Of a DNA stretch of 64,000 nt, positions 1-11,914 are shown piece after piece. The notes below the pieces were generated by a model. It saw nothing but the letters and a program-made list of their open reading frames with translations, was not told the DNA's origin and searched no databases. Numbering within the stretch: position 1 is the stretch's first letter; every line of letters starts with the position of its first letter. Source of the stretch: Squalus acanthias (lineage: Eukaryota); the NCBI GenBank assembly GCA_030390025.1, contig CM059431.1, positions 115,756,001 to 115,820,000 on the forward strand, in the 5' to 3' direction. A program made the translations under genes and the position numbers.

Positions 1-1158
1 CAAATTGAGGAAATCATCTAATGTAGGAAAGTTGTCCCTCAGGAAATGATTTTGTTCGCCAGAGCAGCAAAGGAATTGCTGCATTTTCTAAAATATATGG
101 AAGACATGTTGTATTTAGAACATAGAAATCTGCTACTTGTGTTTACCCTCTTCCCCGCCATATGATGTCTTCAGATGTGGATTTTTTATGCTTTTATAGA
201 TGAAAAATGCATTAACCACCATGCTGTGCTTTGCAAATGTGGTGAGGCAGTAAAACGTCTTCGTCACAGTGTTCTTAAGTGGAATAACAAGCCTAACCCA
301 GAATGTATTACGTTCCCTGCCAAGTTCCACCAAATGGAAAGAAAAGTTTTCTGTGGAAATGAAAGAGTTTTATTACTGTTACAGAAGAAAATGCGGGGCC
401 AAAGATTTCAGCTAAGTTTGCACTGAATGCCAAATTATTCCCAGATAAGTAAGAACTGGTAACTAGTGAAACGGGAGGTGTCATGAGCAAAGTATAAGGA
501 GGGGCCCTCTGTTCTGGTCTCTGTCTCTGTGGGCTAAATGACCCCAATTAAAGCATAACATACGAACAAGAAGACAGAAATGGTTTTGCGTTCTCCAGCA
601 TGAATGCAGTATCCATGATTCATGTGGCAGAAGAAGCAATAAACAGCAGGAAGGAAATAATCCTGAATCAAAACAAACCAGAAATAAAAGGACAATGAAA
701 TCACAAGACCAGTGTACTGTCTCCAACTGATTTAGCTTTGACCGAGGCGGTTTTTAAACAACAAATGGGTCAATGATTAATACTACGGAAAAATAAAAAT
801 ATTTGCAAATGGATGGCAGAAAAGGTCAAAAGGATAAATGACATATTAAATGAAATAAAATGGATTGAAACAAGGTTTCTGTTGTTTTAAGAAGTATTTG
901 TGCTGAGTTGAAGGTGCATATGTCAAAAATCACATTTCCAGGAACAACATGGACAATGGATATATCCTCTCAAAATGGACAAAAGGTCTGCTACCAGATA
1001 CCAATGATCCTTACAGGGAATTGGGACTGTAATTGGTAAAAGTTAACTGACACATTCATAAATTTGCTACATTTGGGAGAGATTCCTGAGGACTGGAAAG
1101 TGGATAAAAGAATTCTGGTATTTATGACCAAAAGAGATGTCTAGAAACTATAGACTGT

Positions 1159-1307
1159 GGAGTTAAATTTCTGCAGGTATTCTCCCACTGGTCTGCCATG
1201 ACTTGATGAGCGACGGAAATCCTAGAAAAACGGCATAAAGGGTGCTTACACTTCTTCCACCAAAGTTACAGTGAATGAACAAGAGAATCTTCATAGAAAT
1301 TCACCCC
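1159..1307. mobile_element. Short degenerate Harbinger-type MITE
   Basis: Ends GGAGTTAAATTTCT / AGAAATTCACCCC are imperfect TIRs; it interrupts the CR1 NYRP-SLT motif. Confidence 0.6.
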
Positions 1308-1429
1308 CTTTAAGTTTAACATGATTATAGGGAAAATCTTTGAAGTGATTTTGAATGATCTAGCAAATGAACACTTGGAAAAACATACTTGATAAAGCTT
1401 ACTCAACATGGATTGAGGAAGAAGCTTTC

Positions 1430-2025
1430 CCTGAATTTCTGCAGGACTCTCTGGGAGTGCAAAGGAACGTGTGGGAACTAGGCTAGGATCTGGATAGGCC
1501 AGATCGCAACCTGTGCTGGAAGTTTCTGGGAGGGCCTATTTGGGGTAGAACTCCATGATGTTGGGAAGTGATATAGCTGGGGAAAAGAATTCCAAGGCTG
1601 GGGAAGTTCAACGGCCCTGGTCTGGATTACACTGGCCATCCGGCACACTGGGAGGAATAAGGCATACTGGCCTTGCGAGAGAGATGTCTGAGGACCACCT
1701 GGGGATCTAAGCCTGGGTTCTGGCCTGGGCTCCTAAAGACAGCTCTTTATTGAAACTGGGTCTCCTTATAAGAGGGGCCAACTGACATGCATTAAACACC
1801 TGATTGTGCAGTGGTATCAGCTGGCCTGCAAGTGGCTGGCTTCCGCCACTTTCACTGTCACCCTCTTCTGGCAGGGGCCCAACATGTACTCATTGTGGTG
1901 CAGGAATTTGCTGATAATATGTTAATGAGGGAACTTCTGCCCTCAGATACTTTGGTGGCATCAGGAGCAGAAGTTCCCAGTTGGCGCTCCCTTACACTGG
2001 CAGAGTGGCACCATGGAATTTTGGA
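1430..2025. mobile_element. Degenerate non-autonomous DNA element inserted in CR1
   Basis: GC-richer block with CCTGAATTTC / GAATTTTGGA ends, separating the CR1 QHG and CLTNL motifs that are normally adjacent. Confidence 0.5.
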
Positions 2026-2465
2026 TCTGTTATGCTTAACTAACCTGTTGGTGTTACTGGAAGATATATCTGACTTTGTACATAAGGATAAGTCAGTTGA
2101 TATCTGCTTGGATTTTCAGAACGCTTTTGACAAGGCTCCATATTGGTGATCAGTGACTAAAGTAAGAAGACGTAGGTGATGTTTGATGGATAATTGATTT
2201 GGAAACAAGGGACAGAGGCGAGACATCAAAGGGAAGTTTACGAGTTGGAAAGAGGTTACAAGCAGGATGCCCCAATTATTAGTATATATAAATGATTTGT
2301 ATAAATGGTATTGTGAGCAAAGTTTCTGAATTTTTAGATGATACCAAAACAAAAGGCAGAGGAAAAAACGAGGAACAATGCATCCTGTGCTAAACTTCAC
2401 ATTTCTGCAAAATTGGGAGTATTATTCTAGTGTTAGTGTGACACAAGAAACTGTCCTGTACCAAC

Positions 2466-3360
2466 GAATCACAGAATGTCACAGCACAGAAGCAGGCCAT
2501 TCTGCCCATCAAGTCTGTGCTGGTGTGTTTTTTTCTACATGAGCCACCTAGTTTTATCCCACTCTCCTGCTCACTCCCCATACTCTCTTTAACAAGCAAC
2601 TAGCTAATTCCCTTTTAAAAGAATCTATGGACTCTGGTTTGTTGAAATGATTTGAAGATTCTAACCAGTTTCTGTGTAAAAGAAATAAAAACAGAAAATG
2701 CTGGAAATACTCAGCAGGTCAGGCAGCATCTGTGGAAAGAGAAACAGACTTAACGTTCTAGGTTGATGACCCTTCGTCAGAACGTTGGTGATTCGATGGT
2801 ACAGGACAGCTTCTTGTGTCACACTAACACTAGAATAATACTCCCAATTTTACAGAAATGTGAAGTTCAGCACAGAACATTCTGACGAAAGGTCATCGAC
2901 CTGGAACGTTAACTCTGTTTCTCTCTCCACAGATGCTGCCTGACCTGCTGAGTATTTCCAGCATTTTCTGTTTTTATTTCAGATTTCCAGCATCCGCAGT
3001 ATTTTGCTTTTGTATCTGTGTAAAAGAACTTTCTTCTAACCTGTCCTTTAATTCTTTTTGTGATAATCTTAAATCTGGCTCCCTCTCCTTACTGTCTTGC
3101 TAATCGGTGGAAATTAAACGCTCACTATTTATTTTATCATAACCCTTGATGACCTCTATCAGGTCATTCCTTAATGTTTTCAGCTCTATTGAAAGAAAGG
3201 TCGAACGTCCTGAATCTTTGTAACACTAACCCCTCCTCTCTGGTAACATCTGAATGAATCCACACTGGACATTTTCCATTGCTTTTCTATTCTTCCTATA
3301 ATGGAGCACTCAAAACTGTTCACAATACTCCAACTGCATCCTAATTAAGGTCATTCTATG
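2466..3360 (-). mobile_element. CR1 LINE 3' fragment, interrupted at 2685-3014
   Basis: CR1-type 3' tail (gaatcacagaat...gaagcaggccattctgcccatc) and decayed ORF2 C-terminus on the minus strand. Confidence 0.75.
2682..3014. mobile_element. Penelope-like element 3' end as an inverted repeat with captured spacer
   Basis: About 105-bp arms at 2682-2786 and 2876-2980; flanking direct repeat TCTGTGTAAAAGAA (2671-2684, 3015-3028); decayed hammerhead-like CTGACGA-stem motif; same family as 63481-63612. Confidence 0.75.
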
Positions 3361-4132
3361 AAACTTCCCTTTACTCCTATCTGTTCCTTTCTGCCCGCCA
3401 ACTATCTCTCTATCCATACAGCCACATTCCCCTGGATTCCATGGGCTATTATCTTTGGCATTGCTCTCTAATGCGGTAGCGTATTAAATGCTATATAGGC
3501 AGTATAAGTGAGCATGAAGCTGTAATATACCTTTCGCCATGATCTCGATATGTTCATTTCTGATCTGTATCATCAATCACACTGTGCTTATAATTAGAAC
3601 TGGAGCAGTCAATTATAGATTACAGTATTGTGATAAAATCTAAACAATTTAAAAACGTGATCAAGATTAGGATCATGTGTAGGGCAAAGTCATTTGTTGC
3701 GTTAATTAATTTACCGTCACTCAGAAATTGGCATTTTCACTGCCTTCGGGAATTTTTAAACAAAATTGTTCTCGGACAGTAAATCATGTTACATGTGGGG
3801 AATGAAGAAATTCATGGGATTTGATGCAGAATGAAGCATCACACCAAACTATTTGGCCCAATTAAGGGTCTTTGAGGGAGAAATACAATTCATGGCTGCC
3901 AGTTTTTTTTGGATAAAATTGCTGTAAGGCCTCCAAATTTCACGCTGCGATCGGACGTGCCCGAACTACGCCAGAGTTACGCCGGTCGCTATGTTGACTC
4001 GGGTGACTTTTAGTCATCCAGGGTGCCTGCCTGAAAGCAGCGGGAGCCTCAGGAATCTATGTAAATTAGAGCCCTGCGACTGGTTAAGGACCATTCTGCC
4101 AAACTGAACTTTGCGAGCGTTGTATTCATTCA

Positions 4133-4657
4133 TTCTACAAAGTCTTGGTTAGACCACACCTGGAGTACTGTGAGCAGTTCTGGGCACCACACCTTAGGAA
4201 GGAAGTATTGGCCTTAGAGGGAGTGCAGTGTAGATTTACCAGAATGATGCCTGGACACCAAGGGTTAAATTACGATGAGAGATTACACAAACTAGGGTTG
4301 TATTCCCTGGAATTTAGAAGGTTAAGAGGTGATTTGATCGAAGTTTTTAAGATATTAAGGGGAACTGATCGGGTAGATAGAGAGAAACTATTTCCGCTGG
4401 TTGGGGAGCCTAGGAAGCGTAGTCTAAAAATTAGAGCCAGACCTTTCAGGAGTGAAGTTAGGAAACACTTCTACACGCAAAGGGTGGTAGAAGTTTGGAA
4501 TTCTCTTCCATAAACGGCAATTGATGCGAGGTCAATTGTTAATTTTAAATCTGAGATTGATAGATTTTTGTTAACCAAAGGTCACAGATCAGCTATGATC
4601 TAATTAAATGACAGAACAGGCTCGAGGAGCTAAATGGCCTACTCCTGTTCCTATATT
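4133..4657 (+). mobile_element. CR1 LINE 3' fragment
   Basis: ORF 4145-4513 [15 protein letters not shown]...LGLYSLEFRRLRGDLIEVFKI...FYTQRVVEVWNSLP plus CR1 3'UTR. Confidence 0.95.
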
Positions 4658-4949
4658 CTAAACCCCCACCGCCCCCCCACCCCCCCATACACACATAAAT
4701 CCTAGGCAGCAATAGTTGGGAAGAAGATTGCAACAGTGTTATTTAATGGGATGCTCAGCTGCATTCAGGTAAGTCTCTGGTTAACTGCTTTAGACTGCTG
4801 GTGGATGTTTGGGCTTAGATCTGGCTGTGCCGGCTGCTCTAGCTGGGTTAACAAATTGTGGAGAGTTATTTTATGGGATGCAGGACAATCACTTCCCAGG
4901 GACTCGTGCACAAAGTTACTCTGCCGACGTGGGCGTGCTGCTCGGTCTA

Positions 4950-6617
4950 GCGTTTGGGGCAGGAGGATGAGGAGGAGGAGGAGGAGCAGCGAGTCAGAGT
5001 GCAGAGGCCTACAGCTGCTGGGAGAAGAGGGCGCGGGAGATCTTACACCATGTGAGTGCACAGGAACAGGCCATCTCACCTCCAGTTAACTGAGGAGCAG
5101 TGTGCCCGCCAGCTCCACTTCACCAGGCCATGTATCACCTGTCGCAGCTCCAATTGCAGCCCAGCACCAGGCCACTTCATTGTCTGTGGCTCTAAAGGTG
5201 ACTGTGGCCCTGCATTTCTACACCTCAGGATCATTCCAGGCTGCCACAGTTGACGTTAGCAATGTCAGACTGTTTGCAGTGCGTTGCTGGCCAAGCAGGG
5301 GACGATGCGCTCTTTGCGAAGTGAAAACAATTCATCACTTTCCCCGTGGAGGCAGCAGGAAGACAGAGCTTTGGGAGTCACCAGGATAGCAGGCTTCCCC
5401 CAGGTGCAGGGCATAATTGATTGCACCATCTGTGCTCCAAATCAAGAACCCGGAGTATACCTGAACAGGAAGTGCTTCCCCTCACTCAACGTTGAGCTGG
5501 TGTGTGACGACAGGCAGTGCATCATGTAGGTCTGTGCCCAGCTTCCTGGCAGTTGTCATTATGCCTTTATCCTGCTCTAATCCTCAATCCTCTCTCTCTT
5601 CCACCCAGACCATTGGGTGTTAGTCTGGCTGCTTGTGGACAAGGGGTATCCCCTGAGCACGTGCCTCATGATACCTGACCACAGATTTAGAGGAGCGATA
5701 CAATCAGAGTCATGCTTCTACCAGTGTCCGATTGAGCAAACCATCGGCATCCTGAAACAGAGGTTCCGCTGGATAGGTATGGAGGTTTCCTGCAATATAG
5801 CCCCGAGAGAGTCTTCAGAGTCATTTGCTGCATGCTTCATAACTTTAACCTGTACCCAGGCCTTTGTTACCTCTAGACTTGACTATTCCAACACACTCCT
5901 GACCGACCTCCCATCTTCCACCCTCTGTAAACCTGAGGTCATCCAAAACTCTGCTGCCCGTATCCTAACTCGCTCCAAGTCCCGTTCACCCATCACCCCT
6001 GTGCTCGCTGAACTGCACTGGCTCCCGGTTAAATTAAACGCCTCAATTTTAAAATTTTTATCCTTGTTTTCAAATCTCTCCATGGCCTCAGCCCCCCGTT
6101 TCTCTGTAAACTCTTCCAGCCATACAACCCTCGGAGATATCTGCACTCCTCCAATTCTGGCCTCTTGAGCATCCCTGATTTTAATCGCTCCACCATTGGT
6201 GGCCGTGCGTTCAATTGCCAAGGCCCTAAGCTCTGGAATTCCCTCCCTAAACCTCTCTACCTCTCTACCTCTCTTTCCTCCTTTAAGACACTCCTTAAAA
6301 CCTACCAATTTGATCAAGCTTTTGGTCATCTGCCCTAATATTTCCTTATGTGGCTCGGTGTCAAATTTTGTTTGATAACGCTCTTGTGAAGCGCCTTGGG
6401 GCGTTTTACTGCACGAAAGGTGCTATATAAATAGAAGTTGTTATTGTTGTAGAGAGGGCTGCCCTTAGAGCCACCTGGAGAGAAAGAGGTGGAGGTGGAG
6501 GTGCAGGAACAGGAAGATCAGCAGGATGCCGTGGATGCTGAGGAAGAACAAGAGCCACCAGTCCTGCCAGCTGCCAGAGCTTTGTGGCAGCAAATCATCA
6601 AGGAGCGCTTTGTTTGA
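4950..6617 (+). pseudogene. Harbinger (HARBI1-like DDE) transposase pseudogene, split by L2 at about 5858-6450
   Basis: LSVALKVTVALHFYTSGSFQ; IAGFPQVQGIIDCT; NRKCFPSLNVELVCD; WLLVDKGYPL; IEQTIGILKQRFR; acidic C-terminus ending ARALWQQIIKERFV; frameshifts and stops. Confidence 0.9.
5858..6450 (+). mobile_element. L2 LINE 3' fragment
   Basis: QAFVTSRLDYSNTLL...IQNSAARILT...PITPVLAELHWLPV, then 3'UTR ending ggtgctatataaat...gttgttattgttgt. Confidence 0.9.
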
Positions 6618-7044
6618 ATCACCCCTTCTTCCCCACCCCCTCACCAATAGTCCCTCCTACCAGCAGAAACAGTCCTTACACCCTCCAGATGAATGCCCTC
6701 AAGTTAAACATCAGTATGGTATTGCTGTTGCAAACCGTTCATTTTTCAGTTGGGAGCAAACAAGATGGTCATCCTTGTGCAAACCCCTAGTGCCTTTCTT
6801 AAGCACCTATTCTGGTTCTCCTACAAAGTGCTACCCCAGTGGCTGCAGCTCATGAACTAGGGATGCTTCAGATGGTTGTGGTGGGTGACCGTGAGGATCT
6901 CTGGCTTTAGACGGCTCATCTACAGACCACAGCATCTCACTGGCAGCTGAGCAGTCTGGCCTGCTGGCTGTCTGGCACCAACAAAGGCACTGGTTGTGCG
7001 GCTGGTGGGGAGCAGATTTGTTGTTATTGAGGGAGGACAGCCTG

Positions 7045-7500
7045 TGTCTTTCCCATGGTGCTCAGTTGGTAGCACTCTGGCTCTGAGTCAAAAAGACATG
7101 GGTTCAAGTCCCACCCCATTTTAAGCACAAAATCTAGGCTGACACTCCAGTGCAGTACTGAGGGGGTGTTGCACTGTTGAAGGTGCTGTCTTTTGGATAA
7201 GACGTTAAACCGAAGCTCTGTCTGTTCTCTCAGATGGATGTAAAATATTGCATGGCACTATTTCGAAGAAGAGCAGGGGAGTTCTCCCCGGTGTCCTGAC
7301 CAATATTTATCCCTTAACAACGCCACCAAAACGTATGATCACATTGCTGTTTGTAGGATCTTGCTGCTTGCAAATTGGTTGCCATGCTTCCTACATTACA
7401 ACCGTGATTACACTTCAAAAGTACTTCATTGTCGGTAAAGTGCATTGGGACGTCTTGAAGTTGTGAAAGGTACTATATAAATGCAAGTCTTTCTTTCTTT
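7045..7500 (+). mobile_element. tRNA-derived Deu-domain SINE (SacSINE1-like)
   Basis: A box (gctcagttgg) and B box (ggttcaagtcc), central conserved domain, tail tatataaatgcaagtctttctttc. Confidence 0.85.
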
Positions 7501-8777
7501 CTCAAGGCGCCACTGCCACTGGCATGGGTCTACACCTCAACATTTCTAATGCTCTGCAAGAGAACAGAGTGCAGGAGTGATGTAATGGTTTGGAAGCCCT
7601 TATCAATGTTTTCTTTCATGCCTTGTAAGTTGGAAGAGATATTGGAACCCAGTCGCACAAAGTCAGCAATCTGAGCTTCCACTGAAGCAGTTGGAGCTGC
7701 CACCCAAGGCTCCATCATTGAAGGCCCTGCTGTCGTGTGTATAGAGAAGGCCACAATCTCTATGGTTGACTGCATTGCTCCCATGACCTTCTTGATGACC
7801 CCACACAAGTTGGACATGGACTCCTTCGTACTGTCCGGCATGGTGTGCACTCTCCCTGGCAGGCAGTCCAATGCACTGAGATGTGCAGTTGGAGGTGCGC
7901 AGCCATCAGACCTCTTCTACAAGCTGGACCTTTGAAGTCAACATCACTGCCCTCTGCAGTAGGGTTTGGATGTGGTCTCGCCGTCCAGCAAACTGGTTCC
8001 TGGACCATCCTAACCCCTGCCCTTGCTCCTGCACACCTGCACTCAGTGAATCTCTAAACCTTCTAAACTATGTGACCCTCCAGTTTCTGAGTTGGTGCCT
8101 GCAAAACACAGTATGCCTTCAAAAGGACTGTCCTCCTCTTCCTTTGCTGCAGTTGGGCCCATTATCTACGATGGACTGGAAAGAGAAGAGAGGAACAAGG
8201 GTTAGCAGTTAGTCGCAAGGGTTAGCAGGGACTGATGAATGGCAGCTCAAAGTAGCACCACTTTGTCCTGTAGAGTGCGTAATGGAGAAAGGAAAGGTTG
8301 GTAAGATGGTCAAATACCCTGCAAATCAAATCCTCCAGCCTCACCAGTTGTGACACTCCTGACATACCCTCTGCCCACGAGTTCCAGTGCAGCCTCTTCC
8401 AATGGGCACAGGACTTATAGAGACAGAGCCTTCTCCTGTTCTGTCCCTGATATTGTGTGCCAGCTTGTTCTACAAGAAAAAAGGGAGTGTGTTAATGTGT
8501 GGCCTGCTGAAAAGGTTGTAAAGATGTGCATGTCAGGCTAGAATAACGTGGATGGTGTGTGAAAGATGCCACAGATATGGGGAAGTGAGGGAAGTAATTG
8601 TGAGGACAGTAGTAGGTGCAAAGTGTATAAGTAGTAGCAGAAGGAGATTCAGTGAAGTGTGCTGCTGTAATTGGAGGAGAATGAAGAGAAGCTGGGGAGG
8701 GAAAGCTTGTGAGTGCTTGGACTACAGGTGGTGCAGCGCTAAGCAGAGAGTAGGAGAGATGTGAGTAGGAGTCTTAC

Positions 8778-9020
8778 CTTAGAAGCTCTGGTCAGATCAT
8801 TGAATTTTTTGTGGAATTGAAACCAGGAACTGGGCATAATACTCCTTGCATTAAGCTGCTCTGGTACCTCTGACCACTGCTGCCAAGCTATTTGCCTTAG
8901 TGTCCTACAAGCATCTGCTGGAAAGAGCAGCTCCCTCCTCCTGGTCACCTCCTCCACAAGGACCTCCAGAGCAATATCTGAAAATCAAGGCACCCTTATA
9001 GAACTTCTCTTAGCCGCCAT
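8778..9020 (-). pseudogene. Harbinger Myb/SANT DNA-binding gene exon 1; further decayed exons extend to about 6840
   Basis: MAAKRSSIRVP*FSDIALEVLVEEVTRRRELLFP...W.EV...LNARS...KKFNDLTR, followed by AAG/gtaag donor; in-frame TGA. Confidence 0.85.
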
Positions 9021-9824
9021 CGCCACTTTAGAGCAATGACTGAGACTTATGATTCAAGACAGCCAAAGTGCGCCGCCCCTTTAAGAGGTGCAGGTTGCCT
9101 TTAAATAGTGTCACTGACGCCCAAATTTTCAGCCCCCTCACCGCCCCCCCCCCCCAATTGGCAAGCTGCCAATAAACAGCAGGCGTAGCGTTGGCACATC
9201 GCCAATCATACTCAAATGAGGCACAAGCACCAGTTTGGCTCATGATCCTTGCCGACGTTATTTGGCGCACATATGAGCCTCCGTGCCCACTTTGCGTCCA
9301 TTTTCGGCGCAAGTTGAATTTCTTTTCCTGTGTTTCATTACACATGATGTTACAGAAGGTCTAAAAAAGGTGTGCCCAGAACTGTGACACTGTTCAAATA
9401 TGAGATATAGTGCCCTACATAGACACGTACACCCTCAATAAATCCAGAAAAAGAAGGTCGGTTTAATGTTCTTGGTAAAACATCACATGCCAAGACTATT
9501 AGTCTCACCCATCACATAGCCCCATGAAGGGAGTGTGTAGAAATGTCAGGTCAATTTGTGGTAGTGTCTTGCCTGTTGAACCCTGAGTCTGACCTTGCCC
9601 TTTCATAGGAAACAGCTAATGAAGGCAGCTGAAGAATCTCCTGTCCTCATACACACATCCTTCCGCTGGAAGAAGTAAGTATTGAAAAGGCCTGTTATAC
9701 GCTGGGTTTTCAACAGAATGAAAGGATTAATGGCAGATTGCAGGAAGTTAAATTGCTTTCAGCCTCCAGACTTGGGCTTACTCACAAGCTACAATCATTT
9801 CTATTTCAAGTTGCCTTATTCTAT

Positions 9825-9878
9825 ACACACACATGCACACAGAGACGTATGCACATGCACACACACACACACACACAC
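9825..9878. repeat. Imperfect (CA)n microsatellite
   Basis: Direct reading. Confidence 0.85.
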
Positions 9879-10109
9879 AAGCACTTTTTTGTTAACTCTG
9901 TCTAAACAGATTTTTGCACAAATCCAGAGCTATTGGTGGTAACAACATTTGAATTGCTAGCAAGGTTTGTGAGTGAGCTTTACCAATGACAGTTGCAGAA
10001 AGAAACGTGCTTCCTCCGAAAACGAAAAATATAACATTACATTTATATCTAAGTGACTTGAAGGTTCTTTTGTAGAAGGGTTTCTTTCTGAAATGTTTGA
10101 GGAAATAAT

Positions 10110-10891
10110 GGCCTAGAAATAACGACGTTCATTTTCGGGCGCTCTCCCCCCACCCTCCCACGCGGGTGATACTTAATCCTGCGCATGAATGGTAAGGTCC
10201 GAGGAGCCCCAGATACTGGGCCTCAGACTTTATTCGCATAGGAACGGCGCTGCGGGAGGAGGCCAAGAAGGTAAGTGGTGGAAGTTTGGGCCACTGCTAA
10301 TACCGCAGCGGCCCATAGGTAGGTGTTGGCCTCTGGGGTGGAGGGGGGGATCGCAGGCCTTGGAGGGATTGTGGGCCTTGGGGGGAATCGCGGGCCTTGG
10401 CGGAGTAGTGATTGGTGGCCGCGGTGGTGGGGGCAGGGGGGGGAAGGAATAGAGTCAGCTGGCAGCAGCCTGCAGGATTGTGGCCTAAGTTGGGGCTGGT
10501 GGGGAGGGCGATTGGGCATTTCTGGGCCATGGTGGGGAAGGGAGATTGCCTCCCAGCTCCACTTTCAGAGGTAAGTGACTTACCTTTTTTGTTGCAGGTT
10601 TTCTACAGGGTTGGTTTCCCCGAATGCAACCCCTGGTGTCGATGGCTGCCTCAGGACAAACCAATCATGCAGTGGGAAATTCAAGTAGACGTTAGTCCCC
10701 TTATTTGCATATTGCAAAGGACCTAACGTCTGATTCAGGCATGCGTAAAGGACGCCTCTTGTTTGTCCCAATATGACGCCCGACACACTTCCGGTCAGAA
10801 GTATGCGAGCGCTTCCTGCCCGTCATTTTGGGGACTTGGGAGACCACACAGCACCTGAAAAATGGGCGCTATGCAGCCCAATTTCTAGGCC
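10110..10891. mobile_element. Harbinger-type MITE
   Basis: TIR GGCCTAGAAAT / ATTTCTAGGCC with 3-bp TSD AAT/AAT. Confidence 0.9.
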
Positions 10892-10961
10892 AATGAGTCT
10901 TTACATAAATTGATGAGTATACTGTCTCCAGAGCAGTTTTGGTGTTTTTTTGAGGTACATT

Positions 10962-11713
10962 GGCCCAGAAATTCGGCTGTTGTCGGGTGAGTACGCGCTG
11001 TGTACTCACCCGTAAGGCCACTTGAAGTGCCGGTTTCCTGCATGCACTGCGCATGCGTGGGAAACCGGAACTTCCGGTCTCGTGAAGGGAGGGGTACAGA
11101 GGTGAACCGCGTGTGCGGGAGAGGCTGCGCGCACGCAGCGAACTTCGTTTTTTTTTTAGGTTTCTCCGGGAAGGTAAGTATGGAAGAAGCTGCGCTTTTA
11201 AAAAGGAGGCGCAAGACCCGTTTTTAACAAGGTAAGTGGTTAATTCATTACAATTAAAAAAAAATTTCAACAGGTTTATCTTTAAAGAAAGGTAAGTTTA
11301 TTTTTAGCACCATTAAAAAGTATGGTAATTTTTTCAAAAATTTTAATTTTTGTTTAAAGTAGTTAATTTATTTAACTTATAGTTATTTTAAAAATGTGAT
11401 GTTTTAAAAAAAATGTATTTGAAGTTTAGGTGTTGTTTTGGGACCGATTTCAATTCATAGATTTGACAGGTCTCCCTGTCAAATCTATGAATGAAAATGG
11501 CCTGCTAGGATTGGCTCTCCATGGCCCACGTGATCCCAGGGGACGCTTCGAACTAACTGCGCCCCTGGGACACGCAAGCACTGCGCGTCGGCAGCTGGAG
11601 GAGGCCCAGGACCTGAAGTTCTCGTGGGCCCAAAACACAACAGCAGGCGCGGTAGGTAAATACGCGCGCGATGCTTGCACCCGCAGGAATCCGGAAAACC
11701 GAATTTCTGGCAC
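10962..11713. mobile_element. Harbinger-type MITE, family copy 1
   Basis: TIR GGCCCAGAAATTCGG / CCGAATTTCTGGCAC; flanks ATT/AAT; the empty site (gaggtacATTattttggct) is seen in the paralogous segment at about 15612-15630. Confidence 0.92.
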
Positions 11714-11914
11714 AATATTTTGGCTACGGTATGGGAAAAAAATCATCTGTTTTCAACTAGTGAGAGAGAGCTCGTGATCAATTGTACAAAAGACACTCAT
11801 CTTACGCATAACCCCATAAATTAAAACATGCTGGTGCTTCCCAGAGAGAATCTTTGATCAGTATATCTCAGTCATGGTGTGCAAAGATATTGGGGGTAAT
11901 TTCGTGAGCACACA

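Larger units (their letters stand above)
1070..2345 (+). mobile_element. Old CR1 LINE ORF2 (RT) fragment, split by two MITE insertions
   Basis: Degenerate motifs IPEDWK...NYR (1080-1157), SLT..GKIFE...HLEKH...QHG (1310-1420) and LCLTNLL..LEDI...VDICLDFQNAFDKAP (2025-2140), typical of CR1 RT. Confidence 0.85.
3928..9328. mobile_element. Decayed full-architecture PIF/Harbinger transposon with nested CR1, L2 and SINE
   Basis: Convergent HARBI1-like transposase (+) and Myb/SANT gene (-); GC-rich subterminal regions ending in degenerate GG..AAATT-type termini. Confidence 0.8.

Noticed and set aside
2880..2915. Active hammerhead ribozymes in the 2.7-kb and 63.5-kb Penelope-like copies
   Set aside because: The GAAA box is mutated in all three arms (GGAAC, AGAAC, GAAGC).
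7045..7120. tRNA gene
   Set aside because: A and B boxes belong to a SINE head; no full cloverleaf is visible.
4950..9020. Possible domesticated HARBI1 / NAIF1-like host gene pair
   Set aside because: Frameshifts, in-frame stops and nested L2 and SINE insertions show a dead transposon copy.
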